Positions 1-9,117 of a stretch of 64,000 bases of DNA are shown here, in pieces (within the stretch, counting starts at the first letter, position 1; every line of letters starts with the position of its first letter). Position numbers and translations under genes: made by a program. The notes beneath the pieces were generated by a model. That model searched no databases. It was not told the origin of the DNA and was given only the letters and a program-made list of their open reading frames with translations. Where the stretch lies: the NCBI GenBank assembly GCA_020631855.1, contig JACKGU010000001.1, positions 363,118-427,117 on the forward strand, read 5' to 3'. The stretch is from Candidatus Nomurabacteria bacterium (GTDB lineage: Bacteria > Patescibacteriota > WWE3 > UBA101185 > UBA10185).

Positions 1-33
1 TGATTAAGATCGAAAATTTGCTAAAATAATTGT

Positions 34-1020
34 GTGGATAGACAAATTATCATCTCAATAAAAACCATACTTCTTGTAGCTGCGGGTATAGCAACAACGT
101 TCATTGTTTATCAAATGAGAGGGATATTTTTAATCCTACTCATTGCCCTGCTTCTTGTCATATCTCTTGAACATGCGGTTTTATTTTTTCAAAAACAAAC
201 TGTGCTGAATAAACCCGTTCCCAGAAGCTTGGCCGTGATAATGGCCTATTTAAGCTTTGTACTAATAATTTTGCTGGCGGTTACAGTTGTAATGCCGCCT
301 GTGTTAATTCAAACTCAAATCTTGATTTCAAAAATATCGGGACTAAGTTTTCAGGTACAAGGAACGGAATTTAAATTTCAAAACCTAGTTCCTGACTCAG
401 CAACACTCTCCTCTCAACTTTTTAACAGGTCGCGCTCCTTATTTACCAATCTCGCAAATATTATGAGCGTTCTTATCTTGGCACTATACATTTCCTTAGA
501 CTGGGAAAACATGAAACGAAGAGGCATCTCGTTACTTAACGACCCGTATAAAACTTTAGTCAAGAATATTATATCTGAAATTGAGGTAAGCATAGGGCAG
601 TGGGTTAAGGGTCAGGCCATACTAATGTTAACGATCGGGTCAATAAGTACAGTCGGCCTGTTGATATTGGACGTTGATTATGCGATACCTCTGGGAATTG
701 CTGCAGGCATGCTAGAGGTCGTACCTTTGTTGGGACCGATTGTTGCAACGGTACTAGCCGGAATTGTCGGCTTCACAGACAGCTATACTAAAGGCCTGGC
801 TGTCACAGCCATGTTTATAATAGTACAGCAGCTTGAAAACAACCTTCTAGTGCCCAAAATAATGCACAAAGTCTCCGGTTTCAGTCCATTGGTCATTCTA
901 ATGGCAATGCTTATAGGAACTGACTTGCTGGGGGTTGTGGGGGCTTTACTGGCCATACCAATGATGATGATAGGGGTAATTGTATTCCGAAGAGTAGCAA
1001 AATATCCCGTTAAGTCCTAG
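34..1020 (+). CDS. AI-2E family (PerM/YhhT-like) polytopic membrane transporter
   Basis: 328 aa with about 8 hydrophobic helices; overall pattern matches the AI-2E/UPF0118 permease family; stop TAG at 1018-1020. Confidence 0.5.
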   Translation: MDRQIIISIKTILLVAAGIATTFIVYQMRGIFLILLIALLLVISLEHAVLFFQKQTVLNKPVPRSLAVIMAYLSFVLIILLAVTVVMPPVLIQTQILISKISGLSFQVQGTEFKFQNLVPDSATLSSQLFNRSRSLFTNLANIMSVLILALYISLDWENMKRRGISLLNDPYKTLVKNIISEIEVSIGQWVKGQAILMLTIGSISTVGLLILDVDYAIPLGIAAGMLEVVPLLGPIVATVLAGIVGFTDSYTKGLAVTAMFIIVQQLENNLLVPKIMHKVSGFSPLVILMAMLIGTDLLGVVGALLAIPMMMIGVIVFRRVAKYPVKS

Positions 1021-1029
1021 AAGGAGGCT

Positions 1030-1368
1030 TTCGCAGAAAGCCCGTAAGCCGGATTCTGTATTATGTAGCCATCTATCTACGCCCCATCTTTATACCTCGC
1101 CGAGTAAGCTATAGCGGTAAATTCGTGGGTTGCTGCAGGTGGGATTGCCCGTTTCAACTTAAACCTTATGCAAGCACTTAGGCTCAAGCTCGTCTCTGTT
1201 GCTCTCAAAGAATGTCGATTCACTCTCTGTTCTATTAACTTTTCAATTAACAGACACCAGCGCTTTTCCCGCAAGCGGGATTATACGTCGGGGCTTGCGC
1301 CCCGTCCCCTACTCTGTGCAGTCCGGACTTTCCTCCTTTGTTAAAAGGCGACTACTAGGCTTTCTGCA
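1030..1368 (-). ncRNA. rnpB: RNase P RNA (bacterial type A)
   Basis: On the minus strand: GGAGGAAAGUCCGGACUGCACAGAGUAGGG (universally conserved P4 region), CGCAAGCGGGA, and the 3' ACAGAAUCCGGCUUAC box. The 5' GCAGAAAGCC pairs with the 3' GGCUUUCUGC to form P1. Three ORFs of the track (1077..1274, 1199..1420, 1309..1605) lie inside this RNA and are rejected. Confidence 0.8.
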
Positions 1369-1416
1369 TCGATTATTGTACCAAATTTTGGCGCAATATG
1401 TTAACATAACTCTGTT

Positions 1417-2493
1417 ATGAACACAGATCTGGATCCATCTAAGTACCATGTTATTAGCGTCCAAAAACTTAAGAAAATAGTTTTTTTCAGCCTCATCGGC
1501 ATAGCTATTATCGGTCCGCTTGTTTCCTACGGATACTATAAGTTTGCAGTTACCAGGCCTTCTCAAACCGACAAGGAAGTTACCTACAGGGTTGAAAAGG
1601 GTCAAAGTGTCGCAGATATCTCAAACGAACTGTACAGTGCCGAAGCTATAAATTCTGCTTTCCTGCTAAAGCTATATATCGTAATAAATAAACTTCAAGA
1701 CAATATTCAAGCCGGAAACTATATAATACCTGCCGGAAGCTCGGTAGCTGAAGTCGCTAACCTTCTTCAGCACGGGAAAGATGACGTAGATATAACTTTC
1801 ACCGAAGGTATGAGGGTAGAGGAATACGCTCTTGCTGCAAGCAAAACATTTAAAAATATAGGATACGAAAACTTTATCGAACTTGCTAAATCATACGAAG
1901 GAACTCTTTTCCCGGAGACATACAGATTTAATATAGAGGTGAAAGAAAATGAAATTATAGATCAAATGAGAGAAACTTATAAACAACGCACAGCTTCTAT
2001 CTTAACTCAAGAAAACATATTAAAAACGGGACTTTCAGAAAAAGAGATATTAATTTTAGCATCAATTGTTGAGAGAGAGGCATCTGATCCTGCTGAAAGG
2101 CCCGTAGTTGCGGGAATTCTAATAAACAGATTCAAAGAGGGGGAACTTATAGGAGCAGACGCTACAACCCAGTATGCAATTGCGGCAAAAAGATATGGAT
2201 GTGATACAAACTCTCCGGTGGTGTGCCCTAATAAAACCCAGGCAGAAGAGGTGAACTGGTGGCCACACGATCTTACCGTAGACGAGCTTAAAGACCAAAG
2301 CCCCTACAATACTAGGGCGATCGTAGGGCTTCCGCCTGCACCAATTTGCAGCCCCGGCCTTGATGCAATAGAAGCAGTAATTAACTACACACAAACCGAC
2401 TATAATTACTATCTCAATGATTCACAAGGAAAAACTCATTACGCCAAAACCTTAGAGGAGCATAATATAAACGTATCTAAATACCTACGATGA
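1417..2493 (+). CDS. mltG: endolytic murein transglycosylase MltG (YceG-like)
   Basis: N-terminal TM anchor; motifs ITFTEGMRVEE, ASIVEREA and GLPPAPICSPGLDAIEAV match the YceG/MltG family. Confidence 0.8.
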   Translation: MNTDLDPSKYHVISVQKLKKIVFFSLIGIAIIGPLVSYGYYKFAVTRPSQTDKEVTYRVEKGQSVADISNELYSAEAINSAFLLKLYIVINKLQDNIQAGNYIIPAGSSVAEVANLLQHGKDDVDITFTEGMRVEEYALAASKTFKNIGYENFIELAKSYEGTLFPETYRFNIEVKENEIIDQMRETYKQRTASILTQENILKTGLSEKEILILASIVEREASDPAERPVVAGILINRFKEGELIGADATTQYAIAAKRYGCDTNSPVVCPNKTQAEEVNWWPHDLTVDELKDQSPYNTRAIVGLPPAPICSPGLDAIEAVINYTQTDYNYYLNDSQGKTHYAKTLEEHNINVSKYLR

Positions 2494-3081
2494 ATTAATC
2501 GCTGATTCCAACAATTCTTTGGTAATTTTAATACCTGCTTCTTCCACAACCTTAGGGCTTAATAATATAGGCACATTTAGCTGATAAGATAAACAAAGCC
2601 CGTCAACAAGATCAATCAAAATCTCGGCAGTTTCAGAGGCAGAGGCATGTGTCTCTTTATACAGATCTTCGGGCCCGCCTTTGTCTGCAAAGGCGGGCCC
2701 CGGAACAACAAAAGAAGACAATTCCGAGCCACTACCCGCAACATCGGTGCTGCCAGGCTTGAAAAATGTTTTCAAGCTGTTACAAGATTGCCCCGAACAC
2801 GATAACACCACATAGGAATAAAGGGCGTTGTCTACAATTTCTGAGATGGAAAAGTGAAGTAAATGGATATTATAATAGCAAAGAACGCGTTTTACAGTGT
2901 CCCAGATAGTTGGGGATGCTGCGGGTTCTTTTTTCATTGCCTCAAGCAAAACTAAACCACGAGTATAAGATTCTTCTATTGGCACTAGTACTTTCTCAGC
3001 TTCATCAAAAAGGTAGATAGTACAAGAATCCGGATTATCATTATTTCTGGTAATATATTTTACTGAATATCTTCCATACAT
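2485..3081 (-). CDS. hypothetical protein
   Basis: 198-aa ORF with no recognisable motif; it contains a 12-bp perfect GC-rich inverted repeat at 2671-2700. Confidence 0.35.
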   Translation of the reverse strand: MYGRYSVKYITRNNDNPDSCTIYLFDEAEKVLVPIEESYTRGLVLLEAMKKEPAASPTIWDTVKRVLCYYNIHLLHFSISEIVDNALYSYVVLSCSGQSCNSLKTFFKPGSTDVAGSGSELSSFVVPGPAFADKGGPEDLYKETHASASETAEILIDLVDGLCLSYQLNVPILLSPKVVEEAGIKITKELLESAINSS

Positions 3082-3083
3082 AG

Positions 3084-3116
3084 TTGTATGAATATATTAA
3101 GCTTTTAGGGTATAAT
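3084..3116 (+). promoter_or_regulatory. candidate sigma70-type promoter (-10 TATAAT at 3111-3116) upstream of 3128 CDS
   Basis: Perfect TATAAT lies 12 nt upstream of the ATG; the -35 is weak (TTGTAT/ATGAAT). Confidence 0.25.
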
Positions 3117-3127
3117 ACTATTAAAGT

Positions 3128-3544
3128 ATGCTTGCCCAGCTTAAAACCATATACTCAAGAATCGAGGCTCTAAAAGGGCCCAAACTCCTAATATTGCTAT
3201 TTGGAATCTTTTTGCTGTTTTTTGCAACAGGAGGACTCCTTAATTACTTTATCGATAAAAAATTAATAAATGATGAACTTTTAGTAAGCGGCCAACCTGA
3301 ACCACAAAAGGTTTCCATAAGCTACACAGGAAAGATAGTCTTTGCGGGAGAGCTGTCAATGCCTGACGAAAAGATTAAATATAAATTATTGGATGAGGAT
3401 AACAACGATATTATCTATCTTTATGCTAAAGACCAAAAGCTTGAAGTATCAGAAGGTCTATACGCTACAGTAGAGGGAACTATTTTCAAAACGCAAGACG
3501 GCCAAGATGTGTTAGAAGTATATAAAATTACACTAAAAAGGTGA
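3128..3544 (+). CDS. small membrane-anchored protein (hypothetical), first gene of ftsEX cluster
   Basis: 138 aa with one N-terminal TM helix; it abuts ftsE with a 1-nt gap. Confidence 0.45.
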   Translation: MLAQLKTIYSRIEALKGPKLLILLFGIFLLFFATGGLLNYFIDKKLINDELLVSGQPEPQKVSISYTGKIVFAGELSMPDEKIKYKLLDEDNNDIIYLYAKDQKLEVSEGLYATVEGTIFKTQDGQDVLEVYKITLKR

Positions 3545-3545
3545 T

Positions 3546-4232
3546 ATGAGCCAAATAGAATTTTTTAATTTAACTAAACAATACGAAAATGGCTTTTACG
3601 CGGTCAAAGACGTGTCCTTCGCAGTATCTAAAGGTGAATTTGTATTTATAGTAGGATCTTCCGGAGCCGGTAAATCAACTCTGGTGAGATGTCTCATAAG
3701 AGAAGAGGAGCCTACGGCGGGGCAAATACTTTTTAACGGAAAAAACGTGATAGAAATACCTAAAAAAGAGCTACCGGAACTAAGAAGACAAATAGGTGTA
3801 GTTTTCCAGGACTTTAAAGTCTTGGATACAAGAAATGTTGCCGACAACGTAGCAGTTGCACTAGAGGTTGTAAACACACCTGCCGAAGTAAAAAACGAAA
3901 TAATACCAAACGTATTAAACATGGTAGGGCTTCAAGATAAATCTAATCTGTTTCCATACCAGCTTTCGGGAGGCGAAAAACAGCGCCTGTCTATTGCAAG
4001 GGCACTGGCGCACGAGCCTGATGTGCTAGTAGCAGACGAACCCACCGGCATGATAGACCCCAAAGCTACATGGGAAGTTATGGAAATTTTGGAAAAAATT
4101 AACACGCTGGGAACAACTATTTTAATGGCTACCCACGATCAAAGTATAGTGGATAAGTTGAGAAAACGGGTTGTCAGAATTGAAAAAGGCCAGATAGTTT
4201 CTGACGTAGAGAAAGGCAAATATGAAGAATAG
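3546..4232 (+). CDS. ftsE: cell division ABC transporter ATP-binding protein FtsE
   Basis: Walker A GSSGAGKST, ABC signature LSGGEKQR and Walker B LVADEPT are present, and the gene is fused in an operon with ftsX. Confidence 0.85.
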   Translation: MSQIEFFNLTKQYENGFYAVKDVSFAVSKGEFVFIVGSSGAGKSTLVRCLIREEEPTAGQILFNGKNVIEIPKKELPELRRQIGVVFQDFKVLDTRNVADNVAVALEVVNTPAEVKNEIIPNVLNMVGLQDKSNLFPYQLSGGEKQRLSIARALAHEPDVLVADEPTGMIDPKATWEVMEILEKINTLGTTILMATHDQSIVDKLRKRVVRIEKGQIVSDVEKGKYEE

Positions 4233-5091
4233 CTTTTACAAAAAAGAGAAACTGCTAATTGCAACAAACATAATATCTGTAACTATAACCTTTTTATTGC
4301 TTGGGGGGCTTGCCTTTGTAATAGCTTTCACACAAACAGGAATAAGAAAGCTTGAAGAACAAGCACAAATAACTATTTTTTTTGAAGATGCCTATCCTGA
4401 GTCATCAATACTCAACCTTGCAAACGAGCTAGAAAACGACCCTCAAGTAAGTAACGTGAACTACGTTTCAAAAGAAGAGGCCTATAGCATATTTACCGAT
4501 TTAAACAAGGACGAGCCTGTTCTTTTAGAATCAATAACTCCGGACATACTTCCGGCCAGCCTTGAGATAAAAACCAAAAAACTTGCCGATATGAACGATA
4601 TCTCAGAGAGACTATCGAACATGGATGGGGTTGAAGAAATAAAATTTTACAAAGATGTGATTGAACGCTTTACTTTTTGGACCAATGTTTCCTATGCTGT
4701 GGGAATAGCCCTCGTGTCATTGTTCTTGATAGTTTCGTATGCAATTATTCTCATAACGCTGCGCATAAACATAGGGTACATCGGCAAAGAACTTGAAATT
4801 CTAAAGCTAGTTGGTGCTTCAGATGCTTATATAAAAAATCCTCTAGTTAAGCAGGGGGTGAGTCTGGGATTAATTTCAGCATTTATTTCGGGAGCATTGC
4901 TACTTTCCTTTGCCCTGATCGTTCAATTTGCTCATCTTATTAACACAAACATTAAATTCGGCTTTATTCCTGAAATAGAAATAGCTTTGCCGATTTTCGC
5001 ACTAATTATAAATTTTGTACTTGTTGCTTCAGGTGCTGCACTAGGCTACATTGGTAGCGTTTCAGCAATTCAAAAATATATAAACCACTAA
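4222..5091 (+). CDS. ftsX: cell division permease FtsX
   Basis: TM1, a periplasmic domain and three C-terminal TM helices; it overlaps the ftsE stop. Confidence 0.75.
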   Translation: MKNSFYKKEKLLIATNIISVTITFLLLGGLAFVIAFTQTGIRKLEEQAQITIFFEDAYPESSILNLANELENDPQVSNVNYVSKEEAYSIFTDLNKDEPVLLESITPDILPASLEIKTKKLADMNDISERLSNMDGVEEIKFYKDVIERFTFWTNVSYAVGIALVSLFLIVSYAIILITLRINIGYIGKELEILKLVGASDAYIKNPLVKQGVSLGLISAFISGALLLSFALIVQFAHLINTNIKFGFIPEIEIALPIFALIINFVLVASGAALGYIGSVSAIQKYINH

Positions 5092-5093
5092 AA

Positions 5094-6305
5094 ATGAGGA
5101 TAACAAAAATACTACTATCGACAACTTTTCTTCTGGGCGCGCTATTTTTTATAGGAAAAACTTCTATTTTAGCGCAATTAGAAGAAGGGCCTATCTATGG
5201 AGCAACAGAGGGTGGCGACGATTTCGACAAAACAATGAAAGAGCTGGAAAAAAAGAAGCAGGAATATGAAAAGAAAATTAAAGACCTCCAGCAGGAAGAA
5301 AATTCTTTGCAGAAACAGATTGATACAGCAACCACACAAATATATTTAACACAAACTGAAATTAATATTAAACAACAAGAGATTGCAGAAACCGAAAAAG
5401 AGATACGGGAGTTAGGGGAAGATATAAGCGACCTTAAGAATAGAATAGCAAAGCTTAAGAAAACTATAGCGATACAACAAGATTACTTATCAGAGAGAAT
5501 GCGCGCAAGATATAAAACGGGAGAAAATTCATATGTAATAATGGTTTTTGGGTCAGATAAGTTCAATTCACTTTTACAAAAAACAAAATTCTTAAAAGTA
5601 ATGGAATACCAAGATAAAAAGCTTATTGCTGAAATGGACGCCACAAAAGCCGCCTACAACGACCAAAAAGATATTGCCGAAGACAAAAAGAAAGAAGCCG
5701 AAACACTACAAGATCAGCTGGAAAGGCAGCAAAACGAACTTGCAGCGGCCCGAGCGGAGCTTGACAGGCAAAAGGCAGATAAAGAAACTTTGCTCCGAGA
5801 AACTCAAAATGACGAGCAAAAATACCAATCCTTGCTCGCACAAGTAGAATCGGAAATGGCAGCCCTCAATATGGCTATAAACCTCCCTGAGGGGGGAGAA
5901 GAGGTGAAAAAAGGCGACATAATAGGTTTAATGGGAAATACGGGATGTTCCTCCGGACCGCACGTACATTTTGGCTTTATTAAAAACAGCAAAGCGGTCG
6001 ATCCTCTCCCCTACCTTAACGACGGCCATCTAAAGTGGCCTGTCAGTGACTGGCAGATAACCCAAGGGTTTGGCGCAAATTACTGGTTCTACATGAACAA
6101 CTTTGGGATTCCCGGACACGATGCTTTAGATATTGTCTCAAGAGGTCAGTGGTCAGGCGCGCCAATTAAGGCGGCCCGTGATGGAAAGTTACGCTATGCT
6201 CAAGATGCAAGAGTCTACTGCCCGTGGCTAAACAACTCCATCGGCAAGGGCGCGATTATTGACCACGGAGACGGAGAGAAAACTATCTACTGGCACCTGC
6301 AGTAA
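5094..6305 (+). CDS. coiled-coil M23 (LytM-type) peptidase, EnvC-like; M23 domain apparently circularly permuted
   Basis: N-terminal signal/TM and a long coiled coil (residues about 40-250). This is followed by GDIIGLMGNTGCSSGPHVHF...VDPLPYL (the C-terminal third of an M23 domain, with HxH), and only then by GHDALDI...(HxxxD)...GAIIDHGDGEKTIYWHLQ, which is the N-terminal two-thirds of the domain. Confidence 0.75.
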   Translation: MRITKILLSTTFLLGALFFIGKTSILAQLEEGPIYGATEGGDDFDKTMKELEKKKQEYEKKIKDLQQEENSLQKQIDTATTQIYLTQTEINIKQQEIAETEKEIRELGEDISDLKNRIAKLKKTIAIQQDYLSERMRARYKTGENSYVIMVFGSDKFNSLLQKTKFLKVMEYQDKKLIAEMDATKAAYNDQKDIAEDKKKEAETLQDQLERQQNELAAARAELDRQKADKETLLRETQNDEQKYQSLLAQVESEMAALNMAINLPEGGEEVKKGDIIGLMGNTGCSSGPHVHFGFIKNSKAVDPLPYLNDGHLKWPVSDWQITQGFGANYWFYMNNFGIPGHDALDIVSRGQWSGAPIKAARDGKLRYAQDARVYCPWLNNSIGKGAIIDHGDGEKTIYWHLQ

Positions 6306-6423
6306 AATCTTAATTCTTTATTGGCGAAAAAATGTAATGCCAAGGCCAAAATCAAAAAGGCATAAATCTATCCTACTTGTAATAGACACTTTTGCGCAAA
6401 GTTTTATATTAGCAATATAGAAT

Positions 6424-6915
6424 TTGATCGTGGGTATTTTCACAGCAACAAAGATTCTAAAATTTTTTGTATATCTCGCTACCTCTTTTTGTCTACTAAA
6501 AGCAAACGTGGCCGGTGCCCGAACTTTAAATTTTTATATCAAATCAAAATTTTTTGAAAATAGTACACCTATTATACTGAGCACAGACTCTGGCAAGGTC
6601 TTAGATGACAGAGTAATTCTATACAACCTAAGCACCTCAAACGGGACTGTAGAATATTACTTGGAGAAAGAAAAGAGATGGATATTTCCTGCGATAGATG
6701 AAGTGAAATTAAACGAGAAAGGCGAGATAAAGCTACGGCTTAATGTGGGCAATTCCTTTAGTACTATAGTGACAATAACAGTAGTGGACAAAAGAACAGG
6801 CGCCAATCTAGGTACTACACAATTTAAAATTTATAATAAGAAATATGCTATGTACTATATCCAACGGCTGAGCTCGTACTTAGAGAAACAAAAAGAAACG
6901 ATAAAAAATAACTAG
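6424..6915 (+). CDS. hypothetical secreted protein
   Basis: 163 aa with an N-terminal hydrophobic segment. Confidence 0.4.
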   Translation: MIVGIFTATKILKFFVYLATSFCLLKANVAGARTLNFYIKSKFFENSTPIILSTDSGKVLDDRVILYNLSTSNGTVEYYLEKEKRWIFPAIDEVKLNEKGEIKLRLNVGNSFSTIVTITVVDKRTGANLGTTQFKIYNKKYAMYYIQRLSSYLEKQKETIKNN

Positions 6916-6948
6916 AACACCAAGGTAAATATCGTGTAAAATTACTAG

Positions 6949-7326
6949 GTGAAAAAAAATAAAAAACTACTACGATGGTTGCCCTCAGTAATAGTTGCAA
7001 CAATAATTTTTGCGGCATCTACCATACCCGGAGATCAGATACAAGCTTCGGGGTATGGGCAAGAAAAGTACCAAATAAACGCCCATTTCGTCTTATACAT
7101 GGCATTAGCCGGGGCAGTTTATTATGCATCACAAAATCCAAAAAGAACAGTGCTGATTTGTTTTGTTTATGCACTATCTGATGAATTTCATCAGGTATTT
7201 ACGCCACAGAGATCTCCGCAGATCTTTGACATAGCTGTAGACATGGTCGGTGTTATAATATCTACATTGCTATGGAGTACAATATTACCGAAATTTCGCA
7301 AACACAAAAACTTGCCGAAAAAATAG
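6949..7326 (+). CDS. VanZ-family membrane protein
   Basis: TM helices plus the C-terminal motif DEFHQVFTPQRSPQIFDIAVDMVGVII, typical of the VanZ-like family. Confidence 0.55.
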   Translation: MKKNKKLLRWLPSVIVATIIFAASTIPGDQIQASGYGQEKYQINAHFVLYMALAGAVYYASQNPKRTVLICFVYALSDEFHQVFTPQRSPQIFDIAVDMVGVIISTLLWSTILPKFRKHKNLPKK

Positions 7327-7706
7327 CCAAAGAAATCAGCGAAAATACCGTAATTTTACTTTTCGGAGACCTTGGATCCGGTAAAACAACCTTTAGTAGA
7401 TTTTTCTCTATAGCCATGGGAAGCGAAAACAGGGTTCAAAGCCCCACTTTTGTAATACATCGCCAATACATTGCGCCGAATAACGAAAATGTTCAAAGAA
7501 TAAACCACTACGACTTGTATAGAATAACAAATAAAGCAGAACTGGAGGATTTGAGCATCTACGAAGCGCTTAACGAACCGGAGCAAGTAAGTTTAGTTGA
7601 ATGGCCGGAATTATTAGAAAAAACACAAATTACAGCTAAAATAATAAGTATAGAATTTGAAGATAATAATGGAAAAAGAATCGCAAAAATTAACACTAAT
7701 AATTAA
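7272..7706 (+). CDS. tsaE: tRNA t6A biosynthesis ATPase TsaE (YjeE)
   Basis: P-loop GDLGSGKTTF, SPTFVI, HYDLYRI and the LVEWPE motif. The start is uncertain because it overlaps the preceding ORF by about 55 nt. Confidence 0.7.
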   Translation: MEYNITEISQTQKLAEKIAKEISENTVILLFGDLGSGKTTFSRFFSIAMGSENRVQSPTFVIHRQYIAPNNENVQRINHYDLYRITNKAELEDLSIYEALNEPEQVSLVEWPELLEKTQITAKIISIEFEDNNGKRIAKINTNN

Positions 7707-7995
7707 CGCCTCCGATAGATACAGCAAAAAAATAACGCTGTGGTCAGAAACCGGAAGTATAGATGAAATAGAAGGAGATATAGACATCGTCTTTGAAATG
7801 CATAACATACTTATTAGAAACGGTTTAGATATTTCTGACATCATCGAGATAAAGAGCTTTCCCGGACCCGGGTCCTTTACCGGCTTGAAGATAGGGGCAG
7901 TTATAGCAAACGTTCTTAACTGGGCTTTAAATAAGAAAAATCTAGAACAGCTAGAATATCCTGCTTATGGCAGTGAGCCAAATATTCAGAAATAG
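7657..7995 (+). CDS. tsaB: short TsaB (YeaZ)-like protein
   Basis: GPGSFTGLKIG motif of the Kae1/TsaB family; only 112 aa; adjacent to tsaE. Confidence 0.5.
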   Translation: MKIIMEKESQKLTLIINASDRYSKKITLWSETGSIDEIEGDIDIVFEMHNILIRNGLDISDIIEIKSFPGPGSFTGLKIGAVIANVLNWALNKKNLEQLEYPAYGSEPNIQK

Positions 7996-8096
7996 TAACT
8001 TCCGCACTAACAAATAACGGTTCTTACAACTACCCCGCGGCTTTCTCTTCTAGAGCGGCAATTTACGCACACTATAAAATACTGTAAAATATACGT

Positions 8097-9071
8097 ATGA
8101 AGATTTTGGTAACAGGGGCGGCAGGATTTATAGGTTCCAACTTATGCGAGTTTTTACTTTCAAAAGGCCACCAGGTTATAGGGCTGGACAATTTTAACGA
8201 TTACTACAGCCCAAAGGTCAAAAGATTCAATATAGAGTCATTTGAAAAAAATGCAAATTTTCAACTTGCTGAAATAGATATACTAAATGTTGAGGGCCTT
8301 GAGAGCATGTTCACGACTCATAGACCTGAAGCAATAGTCCATCTAGCAGGTTGGGCAGGAGTAACTTACTCTGTATCAAATCCAAAAATTTATCTTGAAG
8401 TAAATATAGTCGGAACAAACAACCTAGCGCAAATGGCCACAAAACACGGAGTAAACAGTTTTGTTTTTGCTTCAACGTCATCAATATACGGAAACACAAA
8501 TCCGGTACCTTTCAACGAATCCATGGACTCAAGCAAACCTGCGTCTCCTTACCCAGCATCTAAAAAAGCTGCAGAAGTTCTTCTTTGGACATATAAAACA
8601 AACTTTGACCTAAATGTAACAATATTTAGATTTTTTAATCCTCTTGGACCAAAATTAAGGCCCGACATGGCGCTGCCTAAACTTGTAAAAGCCGCAGAAT
8701 ACGGACTTGAATTTCCATTATATATGTTAAATATTCAAACAGCTGCTAGAGACTATACTCACATAGTTCCAATGCTGGAAACAATGGAATATGTATGTGA
8801 GAATCCTTTATCTTATGAGATTCTAAATTTAGGAAATTCTCAACCGATAGAACTTGCCAATCTAATTCAAATGGTAGAGCGAGTAACAGGAAAATCTATT
8901 AAGATAGTAAAAAAACCTCTTCCGGGACAAATGGAAGTTACATATGCTAACGTAGAAGCCGCAAAGAAAATTGCAAACTACAATCCAAGATTTTCTGCTG
9001 AACAAGCTGTTGAAGAATATTATCAATGGTTTTTAAAACAACCTGAATGGTACAAGAAAGGAGAATACTGA
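8097..9071 (+). CDS. NAD-dependent nucleotide-sugar epimerase/dehydratase (GalE/UDP-glucuronate 4-epimerase family)
   Basis: Rossmann motif VTGAAGFIGSNL, catalytic YxxxK (YPASKKAAE), 324 aa. Confidence 0.8.
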   Translation: MKILVTGAAGFIGSNLCEFLLSKGHQVIGLDNFNDYYSPKVKRFNIESFEKNANFQLAEIDILNVEGLESMFTTHRPEAIVHLAGWAGVTYSVSNPKIYLEVNIVGTNNLAQMATKHGVNSFVFASTSSIYGNTNPVPFNESMDSSKPASPYPASKKAAEVLLWTYKTNFDLNVTIFRFFNPLGPKLRPDMALPKLVKAAEYGLEFPLYMLNIQTAARDYTHIVPMLETMEYVCENPLSYEILNLGNSQPIELANLIQMVERVTGKSIKIVKKPLPGQMEVTYANVEAAKKIANYNPRFSAEQAVEEYYQWFLKQPEWYKKGEY

Positions 9072-9117
9072 TCGGAGCAAGCTTGCCTCAAGGCACGCAT
9101 AACTCGAAGAATTAAAT

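Noticed and set aside
1077-1605. ORFs 1077..1274 (-), 1199..1420 (+), 1309..1605 (-) from the six-frame track
   Set aside because: All three lie within or overlap the RNase P RNA gene (conserved P4, P1 and 3' ACAGAAUCCGGCUUAC elements), and they overlap each other in incompatible frames.
5623-5992. ORFs 5623..5841 (-), 5626..5847 (+), 5804..5992 (-) within the M23/EnvC-like gene
   Set aside because: They are Lys/Arg-rich or Ala/Pro-rich shadow frames of the coiled-coil-encoding region (AAG/GAA repeats). The main frame has the conserved M23 motifs.
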